From the NCBI GenBank assembly GCA_963662665.2, contig CAXXJS010000019.1, forward strand, positions 1-64,000: a stretch of DNA of 64,000 bases, in the 5' to 3' direction. Origin of the DNA: Candidatus Latescibacterota bacterium (GTDB lineage Bacteria; Latescibacterota; UBA2968; GCA-2709665). A model generated the notes under the pieces. It saw only the letters and a program-made list of their open reading frames with translations, did no database searches and was not told where the DNA came from. Within the stretch, counting starts at the first letter, position 1; the number at the start of each line of letters is the position of its first letter. A program made the position numbers and the translations under genes. Below are positions 47,686 through 55,987 of the stretch, one piece after another.

Positions 47686-49485
47686 ATGGCGCTGGATGCA
47701 TACTCAGTTTGTCTTGCCATTGCATGCGCGTTTCTCCTCTTCGCTGCCGGGTGGTTATTGTGCGCGAGGCTCAAAGCCCGCAAGATTCAGGAAATTGAAC
47801 ACCACACCGAGCGTCGGATTTCAAAAATGGTTGAGAAGGCGGGCCGGGAGCGCAGAGCGATATTTCTCGAAGAGAAGAACAAGTGGTACGACGCCAAGAC
47901 GACGTTCGAGCGGGAACTGGATAGCAAGAAGCGCGAAATGGAGCGGCGGGATGAGGAACTCGATGAAAAAGTAAACGGCATACAGGAGAAGCACGAAAAC
48001 CTCAAACAGCGAAACAAGGAACTGAATCGCTGGGAGCGGGACGTCCGGCAGCGCGCGGTACGTCTGGATCAGAATCAGCAGGAACTCGAACAGGTGCTGT
48101 CCGAGCAGCGCGCCCAACTGGAACGCATATCCGGCATGAATGTGGATCGTGCCCGGGAAATGCTTCTGGAAAATATCGAGACCGATCTCCGGCATACGGC
48201 AACCGCGATGGGTATGGAGATCATAGACCAGGCCAGGGAGCGGTCCGAACGGGAGTCGAAAAAGATCATTGCTCAGGCGATCGAGCGTTGTTCAACGGAT
48301 CAGACCGTACAATCTTCAATTTCGGTGGTGGCGCTGCCCGACGATGATATCAAGGGCCGGATCGTGGGCAAAGAGGGGCGGAATATAATCTCATTCGAGG
48401 CTGCGACCGGTGTTAAAGTGATCGTCAACGATACGCCGGAAGCCGTTGTGCTCTCCAGCTTCGATCCGGTAAAGCGGGATGTGGCCAGGTTGGCAATGGA
48501 GCAGTTGGTCAAGGAGGGACGAATCAATCCCGGCAGGGTGGAAGAGGTCGTGGCCGATTGTGAGAATCGTATCGAGGCCCTTGTCGAAGAGGAGGGCCGG
48601 CGTGCGGTCAAAGAAGTGGGTATCGACAATATGCGCCCGGAGCTGATCACGACGTTGGGACGCCTGAAGTATCGCACCAGTTACGGGCAAAGCGTGTTGG
48701 GACATTCCAAGGAGGTTGCGTTCCTGGCAGGCGCAATGGCCGCGGAACTGCGGATGGACGAAATGTTGGCGCGGCGGGCCGGATTGCTGCACGACATCGG
48801 TAAGGCGGTCGATCAGGAACAGGAAGGGACGCACACCGACATCGGCGTGGCTATGGTGCGCCAGCACGGTGAAGGACCCGAGGTGGGCAATGCGATACTC
48901 TATCACCATGGCGACGCCGAAGCCAGTTCTCCAATTTCCTTCCTGGTGAAGGCTGCGGACGCCATTTCGTCCTCCCGTCCGGGCGCCCGCAGGGACGACG
49001 CGGAAGGGTATGTTCGAAGGGTGCGCGATCTGGAGGATATCGCGAGGGGCTTTCATGGGGTACGCGACGCATATGCCATCAATGCCGGCAGGGAAATACG
49101 GGTGATGGTGAATGCGGGCCGGGTGGACGATGAACGCGCCAGGAGCCTGTCATTCGAAATTGCACAGCGCATCCGGGAGGGAATGACTTATCCCGGCGAG
49201 ATTCAAGTTACAATTATAAGACAGACAGTCGCTACCCAGTGGGCGGGACGTTCCAATAAACGGCGGAAAGGCAGATCCCGAAACAGGAGAGGAGAACGTC
49301 GACATGAAAAAGGTCGGTCACGAAATGACACTGACCGAAAAAATGTACCTTCCGGCAATCACGAAGGGTCTGTCTCTGACCTTCAGGCATCTGCTCGGCA
49401 AGAAGATCACGATGCAGTATCCGGAAGAAACATGGACAAAACCCAGCGGGTACCGAGGGCTGCACAAGCTAACGAAGGACGATAG
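47686..49485 (+). CDS. rny: Ribonuclease Y (with long C-terminal extension)
   Basis: N-terminal TM, coiled coil, KH KGRIVGKEGRNI, HD LLHDIGK, ADAISSSRPGAR, YPGEIQVTIIR. Confidence 0.93.
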   Translation: MALDAYSVCLAIACAFLLFAAGWLLCARLKARKIQEIEHHTERRISKMVEKAGRERRAIFLEEKNKWYDAKTTFERELDSKKREMERRDEELDEKVNGIQEKHENLKQRNKELNRWERDVRQRAVRLDQNQQELEQVLSEQRAQLERISGMNVDRAREMLLENIETDLRHTATAMGMEIIDQARERSERESKKIIAQAIERCSTDQTVQSSISVVALPDDDIKGRIVGKEGRNIISFEAATGVKVIVNDTPEAVVLSSFDPVKRDVARLAMEQLVKEGRINPGRVEEVVADCENRIEALVEEEGRRAVKEVGIDNMRPELITTLGRLKYRTSYGQSVLGHSKEVAFLAGAMAAELRMDEMLARRAGLLHDIGKAVDQEQEGTHTDIGVAMVRQHGEGPEVGNAILYHHGDAEASSPISFLVKAADAISSSRPGARRDDAEGYVRRVRDLEDIARGFHGVRDAYAINAGREIRVMVNAGRVDDERARSLSFEIAQRIREGMTYPGEIQVTIIRQTVATQWAGRSNKRRKGRSRNRRGERRHEKGRSRNDTDRKNVPSGNHEGSVSDLQASARQEDHDAVSGRNMDKTQRVPRAAQANEGR

Positions 49486-49801
49486 GGGTCGTCCGAAATG
49501 CGTCGCATGCTACATGTGCGCCACGGCCTGTCCGGCGAAATGCATCGTCATCGAGGCCGAGGAAGCGCCGTGGGAGGATCGGGAGAAACAACCCAGGCGG
49601 TTCGATATCGATATGCTGCGGTGCATTTTCTGCGGCATGTGCGTCGAGGCCTGTCCCGAAGACGCGATCGTAATGACAGAGCGGACCGAACTTGCAGCGG
49701 AGAGCCGCGCTGAACTGATCTATACCAAAGAACAGCTGCTGGCCGTGGAAGACCGGGTGACGCTTACGCCGCCTCGAAGGCCGCTTGAAAACACACGATG
49801 A
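49304..49801 (+). CDS. nuoI: NADH-quinone oxidoreductase subunit I-like 2x[4Fe-4S] protein
   Basis: TMQYPEE, YRGLH, CVACYMCATACP, CIFCGMCVEACP; AGGAGA RBS. Confidence 0.9.
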   Translation: MKKVGHEMTLTEKMYLPAITKGLSLTFRHLLGKKITMQYPEETWTKPSGYRGLHKLTKDDRGRPKCVACYMCATACPAKCIVIEAEEAPWEDREKQPRRFDIDMLRCIFCGMCVEACPEDAIVMTERTELAAESRAELIYTKEQLLAVEDRVTLTPPRRPLENTR

Positions 49802-49822
49802 GCCGACGGGTGGTTGGGCCCC

Positions 49823-50203
49823 ATGGCTGAGATCTATAGCGAAATTGCCCTCGATCATTTCAAGAATCCGCGCAATTCCGGCACCATGCACGATGCGGAC
49901 GCCGTCGGCTCCGTCGAGAATCCGGCATCGGGAGCGGTGGTTTCGCTTCAATTGAAAATCGTCGATGAGCGGATTGTCGGGGCGGTGTTTCAGGCCCAGG
50001 GTTGTACGGCCACCATCGCCGCCGCGTCCGTATTAACGGAAATGGTGGCGGGCCTGTCGGTTTCGGCAGCGGAGGCGATCAACCGGGCGGACGTGGAGGC
50101 CGGGTTGGGCGGGCTGCCGCCAACAAGAAAACATGCGGCCGCGCTGGCCAGCGATGCGGTCAGGGCGGCAGTTGCGGATTTCAGAGCCCGGGTGAGGGCC
50201 TGA
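49823..50203 (+). CDS. IscU/NifU-N-like scaffold protein, degenerate
   Basis: YSEIALDHFKNPRNSG, GCTATIAAAS, LGGLPP; only one Cys. Confidence 0.82.
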   Translation: MAEIYSEIALDHFKNPRNSGTMHDADAVGSVENPASGAVVSLQLKIVDERIVGAVFQAQGCTATIAAASVLTEMVAGLSVSAAEAINRADVEAGLGGLPPTRKHAAALASDAVRAAVADFRARVRA

Positions 50204-50226
50204 TGGCGTTGATGTTGTTGAACAGT

Positions 50227-50259
50227 AAAGGACAGGGTACGTCCGTTCCCTGTCCTTTT
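50227..50259 (+). terminator. Intrinsic terminator
   Basis: AAAGGACAGGG-tacgtccgtt-CCCTGTCCTTTT. Confidence 0.7.
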
Positions 50260-50282
50260 GGGCGTATTTGGCGGCCATAGCG

Positions 50283-51527
50283 ATGGATCCTGAAGCCGAA
50301 AAGCGCAAATTGACCGCGCAAATCAAGCGCAAGGCGGGGGGGATGGGTTTCAATCCCGTCGGGTTTGCGCCCGCGGGGCCGCCGGAGCACCTGGGATTTT
50401 ACCTGGACTGGCTGGCGCGGGGGTATGCAGGCCAGATGGCTTATCTTGGCCGGAATCTCGAACGCAGGTCGGATCCGAGGCAGGTACTCCCGGGCGCCAG
50501 AACGGTCCTGTGTGTGGGGATGAATTACAATCAGGGGGCTGGCACGCCCCGTGCGGACGGGGTGCCGCGGGGAAAGGTCTCCCGGTATGCCAGGGGCGAC
50601 GACTATCACGACCTGATGAACGACCGCCTGAAGCGTCTGCTGGCGTGGATCCAACGTCTGCGGCCGGAGGTGAACGGACGGGTATACGTGGATACCGGGC
50701 CTGTGCTGGAACGTGATTTCGCCGCCCTGGCCGGTCTTGGGTGGTTCGGCAAACACACAAACCTTATCAATAAGCGCAGAGGGTCGTGGTTTTTCCTCGG
50801 AGAAATTCTGCTGACGATACCCCTGGTCTACGACCGTCCCGTTGCCGACCATTGCGGGTCCTGCACGCTGTGTATGGATGCCTGTCCGACCGAAGCGATT
50901 CCACAGCCATACGTGCTGGATTCCAATCGTTGTATCTCGTACCTGACGATTGAGTTGAAAGGCGCGATTCCCAGGCCTTACCGGGAAAAAATCGGTGATT
51001 GGGTATACGGATGCGATATATGCCAGGAGGTCTGCCCGTGGAACCTGAAACATGCCAGGCCGACCGACGAGCCGACGCTGAAGGCCCGCGACGGCATGGA
51101 CGGGCCCGACCTCTCCCGATTACTGGCCATGGACCAGCCGACATTCAGCCGGAGGTTTCGCGGAAGCCCCATAAAACGCGCCAAGCGGCGCGGGATGTTG
51201 CGGAACGCAGCCGTGGCTCTGGGCAATAGCGGTACGGCGGCAGATATTCCCGCTCTATCGGCCGCGCTAACCGATCATGAACCCCTTGTCCGCGGTCATG
51301 CGGCCTGGGCGCTGGGCCGCATCGGCGGGCCGGATGCGCGTCGAGTGCTTTCGGTAGCCCTTGGTACCGAGACGGACGCCGACGTCATCGAGGAAATCGG
51401 CCTGGCGATAAACGAGATCGACTCCGGGCGCGATTCGAGACCGTTCCGCGAAGTGAAGCGGAAATCTCTAAAATCACCGAAGACCGACACTCATTCTGGA
51501 GAACCGCATGCGGCTTCTGGAAATTGA
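50283..51527 (+). CDS. queG: Epoxyqueuosine reductase
   Basis: YARGDDYH, VDTGPVLER, CGSCTLCMDACPT, CISYLTIE, GCDICQEVCPWN. Confidence 0.95.
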   Translation: MDPEAEKRKLTAQIKRKAGGMGFNPVGFAPAGPPEHLGFYLDWLARGYAGQMAYLGRNLERRSDPRQVLPGARTVLCVGMNYNQGAGTPRADGVPRGKVSRYARGDDYHDLMNDRLKRLLAWIQRLRPEVNGRVYVDTGPVLERDFAALAGLGWFGKHTNLINKRRGSWFFLGEILLTIPLVYDRPVADHCGSCTLCMDACPTEAIPQPYVLDSNRCISYLTIELKGAIPRPYREKIGDWVYGCDICQEVCPWNLKHARPTDEPTLKARDGMDGPDLSRLLAMDQPTFSRRFRGSPIKRAKRRGMLRNAAVALGNSGTAADIPALSAALTDHEPLVRGHAAWALGRIGGPDARRVLSVALGTETDADVIEEIGLAINEIDSGRDSRPFREVKRKSLKSPKTDTHSGEPHAASGN

Positions 51528-52884
51528 ACGACAGTCGGGCATTTCCGTTACGGATGAAGTGAACCTGCCCGTTTCCGGCGCAGCGCGCAAGGTCTATATA
51601 GAAACCTATGGCTGCCAGATGAACGTATCGGATACCGAACTTATGATGGGTGTACTTAATAAAGCCGGATTCCGTCGGGCACGCGGCTTCGATGACGCGG
51701 ACGTGGTGCTGTTGAACACGTGCGCCATTCGAGAGCGGGCCGAGGAGCGGGTGGTGGGCCGACTTTCTCAGCTGAGCCATGCGAAGCGGGCCCGCCCCGA
51801 CCTCGTACTCGGCGTGAGCGGATGCATGGCCAAGCACCTTTCCGAGCAACTTCTGAACGAGTTGCCGTACGTCGATCTCGTGGTCGGCCCCGATTCCTAT
51901 CGTCGCCTGCCCGAACTGATCGAAGAGGCGGCCGGAAATCCCGCACTGGACGTACGGCTCGACCGTCACGAGGATTATCTGGAACTCGATCCCGTTCGGC
52001 AGGAAGGTACAAACGCCTGGATTACAATTATGCGCGGCTGCGACAAGTTCTGCACTTTTTGCATTGTCCCCTACGTGCGGGGTCGGGAGCGGAGTGTTCC
52101 CGCCGGCAACCTGTTGCGGCAGGTCCGGATGGCTGCGTCGGAAGGATTCCGGGAGGTGACCCTGCTAGGGCAGACGGTGAATTCCTACTGCGACGGAAAA
52201 GCGGATTTCGCAGATCTCCTGAAGATGGTGGCAGGCGTGGACGGTATACGGCGGATTCGCTTCACGTCGCCGCATCCCAGCGATTTCTCGGAGAAACTGA
52301 TCGGTACAATGGCGGAAGAGCGCAAGATCTGCCGTTTCATTCATCTGCCGGTGCAGTCCGGTTCAGACGCGGTCTTGAAGTCCATGAAGCGAACCTATTC
52401 CGCGGAACAGTACCTGAACCTGGTCGCGCGCCTGCGAATGGCCCTGCCGGGGCTTTGTCTCTCCACGGATGTCATCGTGGGTTTCCCGGGAGAGACACAG
52501 TCCGATTTCGAGTTGACATTGAAGCTTATGCGGCACGTCCGGTACGATTCCGCGTTTATGTTCAAATACTCGCCCAGAAAGGGTACCGTAGCCTACCGGG
52601 AGATTCCCGATACGGTTTCGGAAACCGAAAAGGCACGGCGTCTCGAGTCCGTAATTGTCCAGCAGACGAAAATATCGGGCGAGATCAACCGGGGCTACGT
52701 CGGACGGTTGCAGGAGGTGCTTGTGGAGGGCGACGCGAGGCGGGGACAAGGACAGGCTATAGGAAAATCGGACGGATTCAAAACCGTCGTGTTTCCGAGG
52801 AACGGAGTCAGAACCAATGCATTCGTTAACGTCCGAATCACGGATGCAACGTCACACACGTTGCTAGGTCAATCGGTATACTGA
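51508..52884 (+). CDS. miaB: tRNA-2-methylthio-N6-dimethylallyladenosine synthase
   Basis: TYGCQMN, NTCAIRE, GCDKFCTFCIVP, RFTSPHP, TRAM domain. Confidence 0.96.
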   Translation: MRLLEIERQSGISVTDEVNLPVSGAARKVYIETYGCQMNVSDTELMMGVLNKAGFRRARGFDDADVVLLNTCAIRERAEERVVGRLSQLSHAKRARPDLVLGVSGCMAKHLSEQLLNELPYVDLVVGPDSYRRLPELIEEAAGNPALDVRLDRHEDYLELDPVRQEGTNAWITIMRGCDKFCTFCIVPYVRGRERSVPAGNLLRQVRMAASEGFREVTLLGQTVNSYCDGKADFADLLKMVAGVDGIRRIRFTSPHPSDFSEKLIGTMAEERKICRFIHLPVQSGSDAVLKSMKRTYSAEQYLNLVARLRMALPGLCLSTDVIVGFPGETQSDFELTLKLMRHVRYDSAFMFKYSPRKGTVAYREIPDTVSETEKARRLESVIVQQTKISGEINRGYVGRLQEVLVEGDARRGQGQAIGKSDGFKTVVFPRNGVRTNAFVNVRITDATSHTLLGQSVY

Positions 52885-52931
52885 GCGGTTGTGCGCGACT
52901 TTACAAGAGATCGTGCGTCGGCAGGCCTTAT

Positions 52932-53089
52932 CAACCCGAGAAAAAAGTCCATCCGGGCTGCGTCCGGCCCTTGTGGCCGAATTACCGCGATGCGCTCCCC
53001 CCCGAATCCCCGATTCGACGTGGTCGCGCGCCTTGTCTTCGGCCACAATGACACGGCCTCGCCTGCAGAGCGACTTTCTCGACGGACTG
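52932..53089. mobile_element. MITE family A, copy 2
   Basis: TIRs CAACCCGAGAAAAAAGTC / GACTTTCTCGACGGACTG, exact 4-bp TSD TTAT, internal similarity to 42343-42487. Confidence 0.85.
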
Positions 53090-53091
53090 TT

Positions 53092-53979
53092 ATGGTGTTA
53101 CAAATCGAAAACCAGAACCCGAAGAAAAACCGGCGGTTGCCGGACTGGTTCCGGGTACCCGCGCCCGGAAATGCCGCGTACCGGGAATTGAAACGCCTCC
53201 TGCGGCAACTGGATCTGCACACCGTTTGCGAGAGCGCCAGGTGTCCGAATATTGGAGAATGCTGGCAGGCCGGCACGGCCACGTTCATGATTCTGGGAGA
53301 CATCTGTACCCGAAGTTGCGGGTTTTGCGCGGTCAAGACCGGGAGGCCCGAAGGCCTCGACGTGGACGAGCCCGGCCGGGTCGCCGAGGCCGTCCGGCGG
53401 CTGGGGCTGGGACACGCCGTTGTGACATCTGTGAACCGGGACGAGTTGCCGGATGGTGGAGCGTCGATATTTGCAGCCACTATCCGGACGATCAGGAGGC
53501 TGAGTCCGGAGACCCGGGTGGAAGTGTTGATTCCCGATTTTCGCGGAAACTGGCGGGCGTTGCAGACGGTGATGTCCGCCTGTCCGGACATTCTGAACCA
53601 CAACGTGGAAACGCCGCCACGGCTGTATCGCCTGATGCGTCCCCAGGCGAATTATGCGCAGTCACTGGAATTGCTGCGCAGAGCAGGGATGGCCAGCACC
53701 GGCATCACAACGAAGTCCGGCATAATGGTTGGCGCGGGCGAGACCCTGGAAGAGGTTTACCAGACCATCGGCGACATTGCCCAACAGGGAACTGACATTC
53801 TCACGGTTGGTCAGTATCTGCAGCCATCGCCGGCCCACGTTTCCATTGCCAGATTCTACCATCCGGAAGAATTCGAAAAAATCCGGATCTTCGCGGAAAT
53901 GCGCGGATTCCGTCACGTGGAGTCGGGTCCGCTGGTACGGAGTTCCTACCACGCCGCAAACCACGTGGTTGCAAGGTGA
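53092..53979 (+). CDS. lipA: Lipoyl synthase
   Basis: [30 protein letters not shown]. Confidence 0.96.
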   Translation: MVLQIENQNPKKNRRLPDWFRVPAPGNAAYRELKRLLRQLDLHTVCESARCPNIGECWQAGTATFMILGDICTRSCGFCAVKTGRPEGLDVDEPGRVAEAVRRLGLGHAVVTSVNRDELPDGGASIFAATIRTIRRLSPETRVEVLIPDFRGNWRALQTVMSACPDILNHNVETPPRLYRLMRPQANYAQSLELLRRAGMASTGITTKSGIMVGAGETLEEVYQTIGDIAQQGTDILTVGQYLQPSPAHVSIARFYHPEEFEKIRIFAEMRGFRHVESGPLVRSSYHAANHVVAR

Positions 53980-53983
53980 GACC

Positions 53984-54376
53984 GTGTTCAAGTTGAATCG
54001 ATGGCGTCCGCAACGCGAGTGCCGGGCCGGTCAGTCCTCACCTGGCGGCTCAGGGCGAGGCCAGCGATTTTTTCGTGTGGCTTCGATGCATGAAATTCCG
54101 CCCGGTACCGGCAAGCTGGTGATGATGATGGGCCGCGAAATCGGGCTCTTCAACGTTGGCGGCAGCATTGAGGCAATTGACAACATCTGTCCGCACAACC
54201 AGCGACCCATCGGAATAGATGGGATCATGGGCGGCACAGTGACGTGTTTCTGGCACAACCTGAGGTTCGATCTCGTATCCGGCGCTTGTCCTGAAGCGCC
54301 GCATTTCAGAGTCATAAAATACCCGGTGCGTATCCAGGAGGATGAGATTTTCGTTTCTCCCGACGCTGGGATCTGA
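53984..54376 (+). CDS. Rieske [2Fe-2S] ferredoxin
   Basis: NICPHN...VTCFWH; start uncertain. Confidence 0.82.
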   Translation: MFKLNRWRPQRECRAGQSSPGGSGRGQRFFRVASMHEIPPGTGKLVMMMGREIGLFNVGGSIEAIDNICPHNQRPIGIDGIMGGTVTCFWHNLRFDLVSGACPEAPHFRVIKYPVRIQEDEIFVSPDAGI

Positions 54377-54514
54377 GGGGTTGCCGGGTGCTTTGGAGTT
54401 GACTTGAATGTTGGAGTTCAATACATTGCCTGTTTCCGCCCGGCGTGGAACGTTCTCCGCCCGCAGTCTATTTCCGGCCGTCAAAAGCATCAACCAATCT
54501 CGGAGACCCTGGAA

Positions 54515-55891
54515 ATGAGAAACACGAAACGCATTTGGATGGGCGTCCTGTTGTTTGCGGGCGCTTCGTTCTGGTTCACGCAGGGGCACTGCGAGGAGAC
54601 GCAGCGCGTGGACCTGCCGATGATGGGGGAAGGAGATCTGGCATTTTTCACAGATACTGCCGGATTCCAGGCGTCAGACGGATATACCCGCCAGGAATTA
54701 TACATACTTCTGGACGCGAGTCAGTTGAAATTCAGACGAAAGAGAAAGCGGTATGAGGCTGAAATGGAATTGGCTGTCTCTCTGGCCGATTCGGGGGGGG
54801 GCATCGTCAGCGAAGAGACCTGGAAGCGAAAGGTCTGGGTGGAAAACGCCGATGACGTTGAAGGCGCGGGTCTGCCTTTTCGCGATATGATCGGCTTCGA
54901 CTTGAAGCCGGGTCCCTATCGGATGAAACTCTCCGTTCGAGACCTCAAGCAGGATTATAAGGCTGTGGCGGAAGGGGTTTTGGAGGTCCGGAATTTCGAG
55001 AGGCAGGCCTTGAAATCCAGCGATCTCCTGTTCGCATCCGGGCTGTCCAGAGCGGAAAAGGAAAGCAGGTTTTCGAGATACGGCTGGCTGGTGACCCCTA
55101 ACGTGACGCGGACCTATCCCGCCGGCGGAGATATCGAAGTCTATTTCGAGATCTATAACCTGTCACCCCCCGTGGAGGGAGCAGACAACACATTCATCCT
55201 GGGTTACAGCGTGCTGGATACAGCCGGTGCCACGCTGATGACTTTCGACCACCAGCGGCTGCTGAAGCCAGGTACAAGTGCCGTAAAGACAGACGTCTTC
55301 GGTGCCGGGGACCTGCCGCCGGGCTCCTATTACCTTCAAGTGGAGGTACTTGACCGGGGCAACCGGGCGGTCCACAGGGCGAGACGGATGGTTTCGCTGG
55401 CCCGAAAGCAGAAGGTTGTTGAGTTGACGCAGGAGGAACGGGACAATGTTCGCTATTACAAAGACATTCGATACGTCGCCGCGGGTTCCAGGTTCAAGGA
55501 ATACAGGAAACTGAAGAATAGACAGGACCAGATGGCGTATTTGAAGACATTCTGGAAGGATATGGATCCGACGCCGGCAACCGACGAGAACGAACGCCTG
55601 ATCCAGCATATCCAGCGAATGCGGTTTGCCGACAACAACTACGCGGCCGGCCGGGGTAAGCGTGGATCGGATACGGACAAGGGTCGAATCTACGTCAAGT
55701 TCGGGGAGCCGAGCGACATTCAGTACAACTTGGCGGCTTCCAATGAGAAACCCTTTGAAGTCTGGACTTACGAAAATCAGAGGGGTGTCCGGTTCATCTT
55801 CATGGATCGGCGCGGCGCGGGTGTGTTTGAACTGGTACACTCCACGCATCCAGCCGAAACGTACAACCCGCATTGGCGGCTGATCGAGTAG
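54515..55891 (+). CDS. GWxTD domain-containing protein
   Basis: FWKDMDPTPATDENE, RMRFAD, GSDTDKGRIYVKFGEP, EVWTY; signal-peptide-like N-terminus. Confidence 0.82.
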   Translation: MRNTKRIWMGVLLFAGASFWFTQGHCEETQRVDLPMMGEGDLAFFTDTAGFQASDGYTRQELYILLDASQLKFRRKRKRYEAEMELAVSLADSGGGIVSEETWKRKVWVENADDVEGAGLPFRDMIGFDLKPGPYRMKLSVRDLKQDYKAVAEGVLEVRNFERQALKSSDLLFASGLSRAEKESRFSRYGWLVTPNVTRTYPAGGDIEVYFEIYNLSPPVEGADNTFILGYSVLDTAGATLMTFDHQRLLKPGTSAVKTDVFGAGDLPPGSYYLQVEVLDRGNRAVHRARRMVSLARKQKVVELTQEERDNVRYYKDIRYVAAGSRFKEYRKLKNRQDQMAYLKTFWKDMDPTPATDENERLIQHIQRMRFADNNYAAGRGKRGSDTDKGRIYVKFGEPSDIQYNLAASNEKPFEVWTYENQRGVRFIFMDRRGAGVFELVHSTHPAETYNPHWRLIE

Positions 55892-55987
55892 GGCTCGGAC
55901 CCGGACCGGGAAGCCCGATGGCGGTACGGTTCCGGGTTTGCGGTAAAATTTCGTGGTCGAGCGGTCACCCACCCTAAGGAAATCACT

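Noticed and set aside
42343-53089. Repeats as a CRISPR array
   Set aside because: Only dispersed two-copy elements with TIRs; no repeat-spacer periodicity and no cas genes.
52891-53091. N-terminal extension of lipA in the ORF track (and of folK from 42445)
   Set aside because: These read through MITE sequence, not conserved protein.
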